A stretch of 64,000 nucleotides of DNA from Enoplolaimus lenunculus (Eukaryota), in the NCBI GenBank assembly GCA_030248215.1, contig JASANG010000621.1, positions 310,001 through 374,000 of the forward strand, in the 5' to 3' direction. The position numbers were made by a program, and so were the translations under genes. The notes beneath the pieces are model-generated. The model did not search any database. It saw nothing but the letters and a program-made list of their open reading frames with translations, and was not told the DNA's origin. Each line of letters starts with the position of its first letter. Within the stretch, counting starts at the first letter, position 1. This document shows positions 38,969 to 52,439 of this stretch, piece by piece.

Positions 38969-41900
38969 CTACGGCGTATTCGAACCACTCCGGGTCGACA
39001 AATCGTCATGTGTACTGTTGGAATTCAACGCGGAAGATGGGGACATTTTTTGCTGGCCAGCACCAATCATAACTTCAGTTGCGCCCAGAGGTTGTGGTGC
39101 TACCCCACTACTTCCAGCCCCAGAATCGTCCCCAACACTGCTCGTAGTATCAAGCGAGTGTCGACGGCCTTCAGACCCTCCACCATCTTCCTGAGGCGGC
39201 GCTGCGGCCGCCGCTTGTCGCCGTATTTTGTCCTGATGCGCAGAACGAATTTCGAACACTTTTTCAATGCCTTTTTTGAAGCAATGAAAATTGTAGTCGA
39301 TAAGACCTTAAAATATCTATCAAACGATACAGCGTATTTATTTTAAAGAAATGAAACTCGCCAGTAATTCGCTACACCGGAGCGTGTATGTCACAAACAG
39401 TTAAGTGTTCGCTTAGGCTTAGATTCACGCTAAGCAAAAGGCTTTTAATTTTGTTTGGTACATCTTCTAAGTATTATACGTTGTAAGTTAATTATATTCC
39501 ACATATTCTTAAATAATAACTCTTACAACTACCTGTAACCGTAAATCAGTGACGTAACTTGTAATTAATAAATAAAAAAAGTAGAACTAGTACGTAAATA
39601 ACTCTCATAACACTCCTATGCATAGCCCTTAATTCAGTTGTAAGTATCTTACCTCGTTTCTCAAACTTATCAGATCGCAATATGCTGACTAGTGCAAGGC
39701 ATTCATTGATATCTTGTAAATACAATACTGTATTGTTGTTCAGTTTAATCCACGCTGATGTTTTCGTGTCGATATAATTCTGCGTCGTAGTGTTTCGTCT
39801 GAAAAGGCCATTAGCGTCAACTTATCAAATCAGGAGCTGTATTCTCAATTGCGTGTAGCACCTATCGTCAGTTTGTAGCAGGCTTTCGCATGCAGTAAAC
39901 TACGGTGACTATGGTTCTCGAACTTTGGAAGCGAGCGAGACAAATTAAAATATGCAAACAATGTGACAAATTTTAACACTCATCATTAACTGACTCGTGA
40001 ATTATATCATTTAATACCAACTAGCGGTAGGTGCTACACATTTGAAAATATAATCAACACAGGTCGCAAGATTCAAAATTTCAGGGCGTTGAACGGCAAA
40101 ACATTTGTCATAACTAAATTTGATCATTCTAGTACATATTTTGCAAACAAAAATTTCACGAATTTCAACTGAACAATTGCCAAACAATATTGAAATAAAC
40201 CCTACATAAATGATTCATGGCATAACCACAACATTCCTATATACGACAATATTCCGATTCCGATATGATAAATCCTGCTCTGGAATGTTATTTTTGAGAA
40301 TTTTTAACAACATAATCAAGTAACAGTGTATGTTGGCTTATCAGCATCTACCGACCATGGGAATAGAATCGACACGGTGGCGCTTTACTTGTGCATTTTA
40401 TGCCTGAGGTGTGTACATTTTTCCTAAATGACCATGTAAAAATGACTGGAAGTTCTTTTTAATGGGGATCATTTTTTCTCATGACAGTACTTTAACAATC
40501 GGACTTCCATGAAAATGGGCCAGGGGGTCATGTTCTGTTCGGTCATTTTATCATGCGACACCGGAACCTACTGACAAACCGAGCAGTTCCAAACTTTTAT
40601 AGAGGGGAAGCTCCATTCCGTTTCCGCTACATACGTCTACGTACAACACCCCCAACTACCGACTTACCCATATATCGACGAAACATCAGACACAACTTCA
40701 ATCATATCGCAACACAATTCGTACGTTTGTGGATCGACTGGTGAATGATCAGTGGCGACATAAATTTTACTGGCAACATCGAACAAAAAAGCTTTATCAA
40801 CACCTGATGTCTGAAACAAACACAACACACCATTCAAAAACAAAATAAAAATTCAACAATAACTAAGTTTCCCATATATGAAAACTATAGTTTCATCTCA
40901 CAAAACATCAACATTTTGGTAGATCACGCTCTATCACCCTTACAAATAATACCAATACATATTTACTTACCCAAATAAAAATATTAATTAACGCCTCAAG
41001 TGTTGATAATTCAACAATTAATTTTTGAACAACTTTGCTACACGCCTCGAATATTGAATGATCGTATATACTCGTCAAGTAGAAACTGAAAATATGCACA
41101 GAAGTACACACAACATCACATTCACTATTGTTCAAAAAAATCAAGTTTTATATATACCAGAATCAGTATTCATACACCTATGCAATAATTAACTTAAATT
41201 TTATCTGAACAATTTCGCACATTATATATTGTTTCAAAAACGAGATACCACCCTTATCACCATCAATTGAAGTCACACATGATATGAAAGAGACTACGGC
41301 AATTTCTCTCTATTTTTTAAATATTACTCTTCCATTGGTAAAATGAAACCACAACAGTTAAATATCACTGTCAATATATAGATATACAAGTTGTATAATT
41401 TTGCAATTTTATATCAATATCAAATATACAAACCAGCACCAACGAAACATAGCAAAAATGTTAATTCCAGCTATATATACCACGCTGAGACTGTTATAAA
41501 ACACCTTATCCGATGTCTCCAAAACCACACCATTGCACCTTAAGCTGATCTTTCCAGTAAGCCCAATGAACCGTATTTTATCGTTAACTTTCGCTGCGAT
41601 ATCACGTTGGACTTCAATTTTTTGATCGTCAGTGAGTCCATCAACTTTGTGAATAAATATTTCGAATCGTAACTCTGGATTAATGTTGTACGCGACCATT
41701 ATCGTACGGCCTAGCTTGTCTATCGCATTTTCGTAGTCTTCCTGTAAAAGTTACCAAAGCAAAAGCTAAACCTTCTCTTAAACATTGAAACAGCAATTTG
41801 ATATTTAACTGACGTAGATGACATCAAACACGTCGAAGAGAAACCGCACGCCTAGAATTAGAACAAAGCAATCCGGCATACATTCCATTTATGTACATCG

Positions 41901-42864
41901 AGGACGAGACATTACTAAGTGAGACTTTCCGGGAATTAAACGAAATCTGCAAATATATAAGAATTAAAATAAGTAATCTATAAGCGTTTCATCGCTTACT
42001 TGAGAGTCAATCACAAATATGAGAGAACCGGTACTTCCAAAATTGGCTTCAAGATCATAACTGCTGTCCAGATAATCGATTTGGCCAGGGAATTCAAGCA
42101 CTTGTAACTGGACAAACGAACTACTCGAAATATCTGGAAATATTGCAAAATCTAAAGGAATACAACATCATACAAGCCACGTTTAAATATAATTATGTTT
42201 TTGCTTATTCATTGTTTTAGTGTATATACGTGTAACCAAAAGTTATTATTGTGATAAAATTGTTTAATAAAAAATTTAATACATTAGTTGGTATGCCGCA
42301 GAAGTGATATATGCTATAAAAATGCTAAAAATAATTGTCCTTTTAACACTTTACGCGTGCAAAATTCTCTATTTGTATTGTAGAAAACACATTTAAAGTA
42401 AAGAAAACTCCAACCTTCTTTCACAGGCTTAACAGTGCTTTCAAGAAACAACGTTTCGTTCGGTGCCATTTTGTGAAAGACAACTTTATGTATTGAGGAC
42501 TTTCCACTCCTGAAATGTTATCAACTTTATCATAATTTTAAATGATGCCTCAGTTTTAGCCAAAGCCTAAACTAGATTTCTGGGCAAAATTTAGCTTATT
42601 GATGCATCATATGAAAGAACTATATATGCATCAGATTTTTAACGATGTGCAGTGTTAGTTCGAGGTTTCACTTGCCGTCATACATCCGCATATTATATAT
42701 CGAATCATAAATTGGACAACCACATACCTTTTTAAACCCATTAATATTAATCTCGGTTCCAATTGCTGAGGGTATAATTCTGCCAAGTCATCTGGAATTT
42801 CGTATTCATAATCACCTGGGTAACCTTCAGGTTGAAAATCACCTTCTTGGCTGTCCACTGCCAT
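38969..42864 (-). CDS. RRAGC: Ras-related GTP-binding protein C/D (Gtr2 ortholog), 436 aa
   Basis: Exons 42864-42728, 42509-42415, 42133-42000, 41741-41539, 41085-40971, 40810-40668, 39798-39653 and 39306-38969; total 1311 nt. Motifs [63 protein letters not shown] and GLIDYNF. Confidence 0.95.
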
Positions 42865-44575
42865 TACTAATACGTATTAGGTAACTCTATAAGAATACCG
42901 TAAAGAGTTATTAAATACATCTCACTAGATGTATTGCAGAGACATCACTATAGTGCGACTTTTGCCATTTTGCTTAAGATCGTATCTCTAGCTTAAGTCA
43001 GAGGTGTTCAATAGCGATGTTTACATGTCTGTTTTCAGTTGCGTTTTTTTCAAACCACTGCACAACCATCGGTCGGTATTGTCAGAGCTTCCAGAAATGC
43101 CCCAGGTTAGGGGGACAAAAATTTCGATTTTTTGGAAAACTTTTCAATTTTGAGCAAAATGTTTACTTAATAAATAATTTCCAGTTTAAGGACTTACTTA
43201 AACGAAAAAAGTAACTGATAAGCAGTGCCACTGGCATATTTCAGCGTATAGATAGCACACGCAGTATTGCATTGAAACCTCTCATCCGATAGGCTGCTTA
43301 ACCGAAGCTAGTAACATCCGCTCATGCCCACTTCAGGATGGTCGTCCAAATCATTATTCCAGCCTTGGCCTCTGCGCTGGTTTAAAAGAATGTATGCAAC
43401 GATTTGGAATAGTCAACGAACGTGGACAAACACCGTTCGGACTTGACTTACTGCGACAACAACGTTACTGCGTTGCGTTTCATAGACTACGAGCCATCGA
43501 AATTTATGACGAAACCAAAATCACAGACTTTTTGGACCACGCATAACAAGACGTTATGTTACATGACTTATTAATTTGACATTACACACGATTTCAAGAT
43601 ACACTACTGAGCCGCAACAGTCCAAATCAAGCATGTCATACACTGATGAACATTGCACGTCGTTACATCTTGCCACGACTACATGTCGAAGAAAGCGTAA
43701 TCGGTAGCCTTGACGCCCTCCAAGACAGAAGCGACGTTGCTGTGTCAACTATAACAAGACTGGACAATTACCTGTGCAGATTGGGCCACTTGTGGCTCCT
43801 CTTGTCCTTGTCTTCTTGGTGACGTTGACGAACTGTTAGAAGCTAAACAACTACCAAACACAATGACAGCGGAACAAATTATAGACTTGGCTTGGAAACG
43901 CAACGAACCTGACTTGTTAGCATAATACTTAAAAGAACAAGTTGGCGACCGTGAATTAGCCGACATACCGCATGACGAAATCCCGGAATCACTAAAACAA
44001 TCAGTACCATAGTATTCTGACCTACAGACGGAAAAAGCGCAAGACTACATACAGTCAAAGACAATACATCAAGATCACATCTCACATATTGACCACGCAG
44101 AGACAATGAAACTAGAGTACGAACGCTCGCCATGACAACATCGAGAACTTTCAGACGAACCTGAAGAACTAGACGAAAACAACATAGCAATTGCCAGAAG
44201 ATGCAGGCCTGTTGTTGGACGACATTCAGGCAAACCTGAATCCACCGGTTTAATAATTATCTAAAGTCGACTTTACGACAACACATAAGGACTTTTACGA
44301 AGCTAGTAAGTAACAACAAGATCTACGAGGACAAGGACGCTTTTACGACGACGATGATCCGAATGCACCACCTATGAATACATCACAAGATAAACAGAAT
44401 TTTTACAAAGATGCTGCGATTGCCTTTACGTCACACCGAGGGTATCCCGGACGTTCATTTGTTGCATTTGACATGACAAAAACTGAACGTGACGAATCAC
44501 AAGCAGAACGAACAGTTGAACAAATACTACAAAAAGAAGGTTTTGAAACAACAGAGGAATGAACATGCATAACAA

Positions 44576-44890
44576 AGAACATCTTTAAAAACTGCAGGTT
44601 CAAACGACAGCTATGCAAAAGCGGCTTGACGCTCAAGCTCAAGCCAACATTGACAATTCACGTGACGCACATAGATAGCTTAAAGACGAAATTTTACGAC
44701 TGGAGACAATTGCAAGACAAAGCTAGTACAAATACAACAAACATGGAACGACTTAAAGAACATCTTGAAGAAATGCAAGTTCAACGACAGTTATGCAAAA
44801 GCCCCTTGACGATCACGCCAACATTGACGATACAAGTGACGCACATAGCCAACAACTTAAAGACGAAATTTTACCACTAGAGACAATTAT
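44576..44890 (+). repeat. Diverged ~180-bp-period direct repeat within the decayed ORF
   Basis: AAGAACATCTT...CGACAG.TATGCAAAAGC..CTTGACG...GTGACGCACATAG...CTTAAAGACGAAATTTTAC.ACT.GAGACAATT occurs twice. Confidence 0.8.
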
Positions 44891-45623
44891 CAGTGATTTT
44901 AGCCCACTTTGTGAACGGCGAAAGATACGTGTACCAGAAAGATTATGAAAACGCTAGTTGACGAAACACATTCGTTCGCCATCGCCAACTCAAGGCACTA
45001 TGTATTGTAAGAAAGGTCGTATCATGAGTTCTGATAAAGCGCCGGCGTTGCACATCGCCACGCCGATCTTCTGGTACGACTGGAAGGGTTAACAAGCAGC
45101 ATCAGACATGCGTGAACAACAAACGCTAGCAGAACAATTACCAGAAGATCTTACTAAATGCGTTGACATACACACTGGCGAAATGCTACTGTAATACCTC
45201 ACAGGTACACGGACTTCGACTACCCATTCTTTGAAGGAGAAGGGTTAGGCCAAAACAATGACAACAGTTGCAATTTCATTTGTCAGCAATGTATTTTTCA
45301 ATGTACGAGTCACCACGATTTAAGGACAACCAGACTGACTGGTTACGTGGACGCATCGCTGAAATGGCAAAGAAATTTAAGGACGAATTGCAACGAACGT
45401 TAGCACAACGCATAATAATAATAACGACGTATCGTGAATTTATCGACACGTTATCTTACACCGAAGCATGCTTTTTCGAAGCAGCACATCAAACTGGCGT
45501 ATTGGATTTGACAGAAACGCATTACATTGACGCGTTGCGAACTCTTGCTGCATTTCTCCGCGACCGAGTCATCCATGTGATTGCGCTATGTGACCGGAAC
45601 AAGAACTTTTTGCAATGGGCCAC

Positions 45624-46829
45624 CAGGGATGGGAGTCTCGGTCTCGGTCTCGGAAAGTCTCGGGATTTAGCAGGTTTCGGTCTCGGTCTCGGTCTCGGTT
45701 TTTTGAGTCTCGGTTGTTTGGAACCGAGACCGAAAGTCAAGAATTCAGCAAATGCTGGTGAACCTATACAAAGTTGAAGTTAATCACAATTATATACAGC
45801 GACTTGAGAACAGAATGACGCCTCAACGATTGTCAAAAATCCTTTTTTGAAAGAAAATCCAAAACAGTTTGTCTCGGTTGTTTCACGACATAAATAATAG
45901 TTTTTTATTGTTATGCACAGTGTTCTAACACAATAGGAACAATATTAGCCGGAACAGCAACAGGCAAAGCATTTGAACTTTTCGTCGGAAGAAGGAACGT
46001 GAACCGGCATTTATGAAAATTCACCACCGAAGTACTGCAGGTAAAATTTAGCCACAAACGAATTCTAGTGGAACCCTGGTGCATACTTGAATTTCAGTAT
46101 GGCTGTATTGATGAACAAGTGATGTCTGCTGAATACAGGGTGCAACCGGAATTGCGGTTCCGGCATTTTTTCACCTTCCGGTTCCGGTAAATTTTTACCG
46201 GATTTAAAAATTCCTGTGTTATAATTTGGCCGTTTTCGTAACTTTGCTAATTTTTAAGAATCACTTTTGAAAGCCACTAGTACTTCTACTGTTTTTGCAT
46301 TGCTTGTTCATGCAGTGGTTATTGTTGTGGACAAAAGTATTTTTCTGGAAATGTATATATAAATCTTGACAATCATCGAATATAAGCCATTGCTGGTGGA
46401 TTTCACTTCAGTCGATGATGAAAATCTAAAATACAACAAATAAAATAAATACCTATGTTAGACTAAGGTTATTAAAATGAAATTTTTGGTGAAAGTCATT
46501 TTTCACTTCCCGGTTCCGCTTTGGGTAAAATTTTCAAATTCCGGTTCCGGTAAATTGTAATTCCGGTTGCACCCTGGCTGAATAACATTTCGCTGTGAAT
46601 CTGTGAATTCTCATTGTTACGCAATATTTACGAGTAGATCGATATTAATAAAATCACAAAAAACTTTGAAAACTGCAAAAAACCTTCAAAAAGAAACTAA
46701 TTTACTTTAAAAATTCAAATTTTTTCGGTAATGATCAAAAATTGACCGAGACCAAGACTTTTCTTGACCGGTCTCGGTTGTCGGGTCTGGGTCTCCGTCT
46801 CGGTTTTGTACCGAGACCGCCCATCCCTG
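45624..46829. mobile_element. hAT-like non-autonomous element
   Basis: TIRs CAGGGATGGG.GTCTCGGT / ACCGAGACCGCCCATCCCTG; 8-bp TSD TGGGCCAC/TGGGTCAC; subterminal GGTCTC repeats. Confidence 0.85.
46136..46576 (-). mobile_element. hAT-like MITE (CAGGGTGCAACCGG family) nested in the 45624-46829 element
   Basis: Perfect TIRs; perfect TSD GCTGAATA; reverse-complement homolog of 24844-25234. Confidence 0.9.
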
Positions 46830-47695
46830 TGGGTCACATCCGCACCCTTATCACCGATTAAAATGGAACTACAAATGCGTGCCAGCAAACGTTTCCTCGA
46901 AAACGCAACGACAATGCAACGATTCTTGCAATTACATTTTCCAGCAATAAACCTCGGGAATCACAGACGTTCATTTGACTACATTATTTTGGACTACGAC
47001 GAAGCAAAAAACATTAGCTTACCACAACGACATACGTTTACGTGCGATGGAAAAAGAACTTAAAGACGATAGAGGTGTGCAAACTCGTAGCACGTGGGTC
47101 GCAAAAATGGCGCTCATTATACTATTTTATAACGCCTTGCCGTTTATATGTACATAAAAATTATATTTTATAACCCTTTACGCTGTTCATTGACGTGCAT
47201 AGCATATATTTTGCATAATATCTCAAAAACTATTGACGCTTTGGCAATAAAAGTCATTAACTTCCATTGTATTGTTATGGTATGTATTACTAGTTCAGGA
47301 CGTCGTTGTGTTCGTTATTCTGTGCGTTGTTCCGTTTCGTTCGCGTGCGCCGTTCGTTACAATGTCAGTATAACCAACCGTAGCGTCTGTTATATAACTT
47401 GGTTTCGTTTGTTTACACTATGTTGCGTTATTGAACATTTATGTACGTTCTGTGTTATATTCGCTTGACGCCGGGTTCACATAAACCAAATCCGCGAAGC
47501 ACAAAGACATTTATCAATATCCACAATCATTTTCGATGCATAATTTTGCTTGTTTTTAGGTCATCCAGCCTTTGCGTGTCAGTCTTTGCATGTCAAAAGA
47601 CAACATGAGCTGAGACAGAAGGATGTCGGATGGAGCCCCAGTGTGCTTTCTCTGTCATTGTCACATTGGTGCTCACCATCAGCAACCCTGCTTAC

Positions 47696-48080
47696 CAGGG
47701 TGCAACCGGAATTAGAATTTACCGGAACCGGAATTTGAAAATTTTACCGGAACCGGAAACGGAACCGGAAAGTGAAAAATGCATTTCACCAAAAATTTCA
47801 TTTTATTCTTATTTTTTGCTCTATTATTTGTGAAATAACCTTAGTCGAACATAGGTATTTATTTTATTTGTTGTATTTTAGATTTTCGTCGTCGACTGAA
47901 GTGAAATCCACCATCATTGACTTATATTTGGAGTACAAGTGGCTTTCAAAAGAGATTCTTAAAAATTAGCAAAGTTAAGAAAACGGCCAAATTATAACAC
48001 CGGAATTTTTAAATCCGGTAAAAATTTACCGGAACCGGAAGGTGAAAAAATGCCGGAACCGGAATTCCGGTTGCACCCTG
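47696..48080 (+). mobile_element. hAT-like MITE (CAGGGTGCAACCGG family)
   Basis: Perfect TIRs; perfect TSD CTGCTTAC; nearly identical to 24844-25234. Confidence 0.9.
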
Positions 48081-49502
48081 CTGCTTACCTTATTCCTGGT
48101 CAAAGTCAACCATGTCATTTGTGTGCATTATTATATATTTCGTATTGTCTTAAGGTACTAAACCCGTTTTCCTACTAAATTTCATAAGCTCGTTACATTG
48201 CGCTATTCCATTTCCGCCAATTCACTCTATTTTCTAAAGTTTGTGCCAATATGTTCATGCAATGTTTTCTACTCAATTAACCGCTGGTCTTTAACTTTGG
48301 GCAAACTTCGGAGCGAAGTCGCGAAGACCGTGTAGTTTCAACAGCTGCTATCTAGTTAAGTAATTACTGTAATATTACCATTAAATATAACGAATATAGC
48401 GAGAGTAAGGCTGCATTAATTCTGTTTGCCAGACTGATGTTGCTTGGTGCCAAAATCATGTGTTAAGTAATTGAGCTGACGTTGTGCGTTTTTTTGGGTT
48501 TTCGAACCTTAATTTTCGTTTCTAAAGCACTTGTTTAACTTGTTGCTCCAAGGGAAGTGTGTACCCTGAATCGTAAACTGATTGCTTTGAGCGTAAAACA
48601 TACAATGCTAAAAATAGATATTTATAATGCAACTGCTTCAATAGTGCTCGGTTTTCGGTTTTTAAGATTAGTACTAGTGATGGTCATGGGATATTTTTTC
48701 ATATCCGGATATCCGGCAAGTCGTGCCGGATATTTATCCGAATATCCTGCAACAGAGATTCTATAGAATGTCACCCTTCCCTCGACCTACGTATACATGA
48801 GCTGTTTTTTCGTATTCCAAGAAGAAAGACCCACATTATAAAATATACTTACGCTAAAACGTACAAACATCAGTCCATCTTTTTAGTGGTGTCCTGCTTT
48901 TACTGGCAGATCCAGAAATTTCTGACGGGGAGCAGGCTCGTAAATGTTTTAATACGTAATTTTTCACCAAAATTTTTTGAGGGGGTAAAATTGTACGGTA
49001 TGCCTAATCATTTTTTACAAAACAACTTTCCGAGGGAGGACAGTTGCAATGTACAGACCTTGTCATATTATCACAAAAAAATTTGAAGAAGGAAAATTAT
49101 AGGGACGTTATCATAACTTCAAAATTTATGAACTCATGGCTTCTGTGTCATGATAAACTCAAATGTGCCGAATACAGATTGCCAGGTTTTCAAGCCAGCC
49201 TGTTACTATTAGCATCATACTCAAGGCTTGGCGTCTTAAATCCAAAGCGGACGCAATTGACGTATGTATGAGTAGATTTTGTTTCTTGCAATTAGATAAA
49301 TAAGTTTAGTGCTTGACGGTGCATATTCGATGCAAGTTTTTCACTGGGCTAATTTTTAAATAATTTAAAAATACGAAGTCATTTTTCAAGACAGCTCGTG
49401 TGGTGAGATGTAGCACTTTAGATGATCCGAGGTCTATCGCCTTTTAGAAAAATATGGTAAAATTTTTCACTGAAGTATATATAAATATTTTGGCCCATGT
49501 TA

Positions 49503-51240
49503 TGCGTCATCCATTTTAATGTGTGCTCGCCGTGTGGAAAATTGACGCAACCATTTCCAAGTACGGTTTTGAAAAACGCTTCAAAAAGGAAATGGAATTT
49601 CAAAACTGTTTCAATTTCCCACAGCTATCGATTTTTCAAACTCAAGTAGTTAATTGATAGCATTATTTGATCTTCAATTTACCATTAGCGCTTTTTTAAA
49701 CAAGGGCAATGGGAAATTGCGCCATTTTCCAAATTCAATTTCCGCTTTGCCTTGACACTTCAATTACCAAAGTGGAAATTGAAAGAGAAGCATAACGTTT
49801 AGCAATTAAATGATATTGTCCCTCTTATCGAAAATTGAATTTACAGTTTACAATTTCAATTGTGATATTGTCCCCTAAAAGGATGAAATTTTACAACTCA
49901 AAGTTCAAATAGAAGGTTAGGATGAGAGTTTCTAGAAATGATGTTTGATGGGCCACCCAAGTCGCAAGGTTGAAGTTGTGCGATTGAAATTTTGAATATC
50001 TTGACGTTAGTGGTCATTCGACGCTTGGGGTCAAGTTTCTTGTGCTACCAGTTTTACTGAGGTTGGGTTTAAAATTGGAACAGCAATTTTTTTGCGCACA
50101 TTGGAGTTACTTTTTATGGAGTACGACGGTATATTGATTCAAGGATTGGTGATTACAATTGGTATCCCCCGCAAACTGAAACCGCATATAGTCACGTTGA
50201 ACTTACTATGTCCGAACGTGTCTACGATCTAATTAAGAATATAGACGAAACGAGCGAAGATTTATTAGTGTTAATAGTTTTGCATAATTTAGCAAAAATT
50301 ATCTGTTTAGTTCGTTTTGATTGACTTCTGTCACTTTTCAAAAAATCAACATAAAACCAAACAACTTAACAACATATTGCAGATATTGGCTAAAATTAAC
50401 TAATTAGCCATCATTTTTACTACATAATTTCGCCCCACCTGCGGCTCCGGCTCCGGTATTTTTCACCTCCGGTTGCACCCTGCTACGTAAATGTATACCA
50501 GACAGACTTCACAGGCGTTTACAGAACTAAGAACCATGATAGAGAATTGGGCTCAATTACTTCAGACATCACGCCCCCTAAACGTCAGTCACTTTTTCCT
50601 ATACTTAGTGCTTCTTAGGCTAAGATTTAGACTTAGGGCTACGGTTACCGCCCCTGGATTGTTTTTTCCGGAAAAAAATTATGACCGGAAAAAATGGAAA
50701 AATGGAAAAAACTCATTCCTTGTCTGAGTGATCGGTTATCCCACCCAAATCTTTCTTTCACTTCCGACGTCGAAAACGCCTGCCGTCATAGTTGAAAGCG
50801 AATTATTGCACCGATTAGTTCAAAGGTCATGTACCTACAGCAGTGTTTCCGCTTTTATGATTTTTTCAATTTCCCACTGCCCTGCTGATTTTCAACTACC
50901 GTGAGGGAAATTGAAAATGAAATTTGGGTGCCCATTTCCCACTGCAGTTTTGGTGACTTTTCAATTTCCTTTTTGACAGCAAATTTAGCTTATCAATTTC
51001 CTATTTAAGTTTTAAAAATGTCTCAATTTCCTACTGCTGTCCTATTTAAATTCCCCATTGGGAAATCGACACTCAAAATATCATTTCAATTTACTAGTAC
51101 GGTTTGTAAATTGTCTCAATTTCCCACTAGACCAATTTTTTCAAATTAAATTTCCTTCTTGAAACGTTTTTCAAAACCGTACTTGGAAATGGTTGCGTCA
51201 ATTTTCCACACGGCGGGCACACGATAAAATGGATGACGCA
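49503..51240. mobile_element. 1.7-kb non-autonomous TIR element with TTA TSD (PIF/Harbinger-like)
   Basis: ~75-bp TIRs beginning TGCGTCATCCATTTTA; TTA at 49500-02 and 51241-43; many subterminal CAATTTCC motifs. Confidence 0.85.
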
Positions 51241-51249
51241 TTACTTTAA

Positions 51250-51386
51250 GGGGCGTCCAGGTTTTGGTTGGTCTATAAAAGAGTAGGTTTAGATTCTAGG
51301 TTACATTTTTTTGCCTAGGCTTAAGAACTCATTTTTGCAACGCTTAGCCTTAGGTGTAGCAGTACGCTTAATCTACTGTTACGCCC
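51250..51386 (+). mobile_element. GGGGCGT-TIR MITE containing TTAGGC-like repeats
   Basis: Collinear with 32927-33065. Confidence 0.75.
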
Positions 51387-52439
51387 CTTTAAGTAACATT
51401 GGCCAATATTTTTGACAATAACATATGAATAATAATGTAATCAATCGGATTTATTAGACAATCTGAAATTTTCTCGCTGACCCATGAGGATTTTGAAAAG
51501 TAAAAGTTTCATAGCTAGATTCAACATAAATGAAGTTTGTTTACGTTAAGTTTTATTTGTTTGCAATAGCTACGAGTTGTGTCTACAGTTTCAGAATGAG
51601 TAAGGAGTCATTGCCGCAAAATGTTGCAAATATTTAACGACACTGGAATACTACGATAATTGCTAGATATTTTTGCAGGATCATCCAAAACGACTTGGAG
51701 GTAGATAGCTACCAGGGTTCAACCGGAGGTCTATTGTCGGCCGCAGGGCCAGTCGGGAACTTCAAACTAACCGGTAATGAAACAAAAAAAACATTAACTA
51801 TTTTACCGTAGTAATAAAACTTGGTGTTTTTACCGGAAACGAAAATTGATTTTTGCTGTAAACAAATATCCGGTTTACAGCCTGGCCATAACCCTTCCAT
51901 CACGGCCAACAGTTTTCAAGGACTCTCAACGTTCAGTCGCCATTAACTACAGGTATGTCTATACCGTTACGACTTACACTCACAATAAACGGAAGCAACT
52001 ATACTTTTATTAATACGATAAAATACAGGCCTGTTACTTATATACAGGGCGGCCCCGTTTTCTGATGGAACTGCAAGATACTACTGTTATGCTTATACTT
52101 ACACTGTTTAAGACGATTATGCTGCTTAGGCTAAGGAACATACTTCTACTGGTTTTACGGCCCCAAAAGTAACACCTGCCAAAAAACAAATATTATCTCA
52201 ACTCTACATATATACAAATATACACTCAACTCTGCATTTTTGTCGTAGTTCTATGCATGTGTTGTTCATATAAAAAAAAGAACAAGTTTACTAAAACTGC
52301 ACCGTAAACGAGAACCAGTTACACACCATTTGTGCTAATTCCATATGAACAGATAAACTCAAAAACACTAGATTCGAGTATGAAACTAGCATTGAGTTAA
52401 GTTTAAGTCCGAAGCGCTCGTTTGCCGAACACCCCGGGT

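Larger units (their letters stand above)
43500..47063 (+). pseudogene. Decayed intronless coding sequence of unknown (TE- or virus-like) origin, interrupted by a hAT MITE
   Basis: A/C-rich strand with long protein-like frames broken by single stops and frameshifts. ORFs 45268-45623 and 46838-47063 join in frame once the MITE and one TSD copy are removed. Left boundary approximate. Confidence 0.55.

Noticed and set aside
42075..42105. RagC G3 motif reads EFPGQ instead of DFPGQ
   Set aside because: As I recall, Glu at this position also occurs in yeast Gtr2, and all other G motifs are intact, so this is not evidence of a dead GTPase.
45522..45777. GLGLGL and PRPRPR peptides
   Set aside because: Translation of the GGTCTC subterminal repeats of the hAT element.
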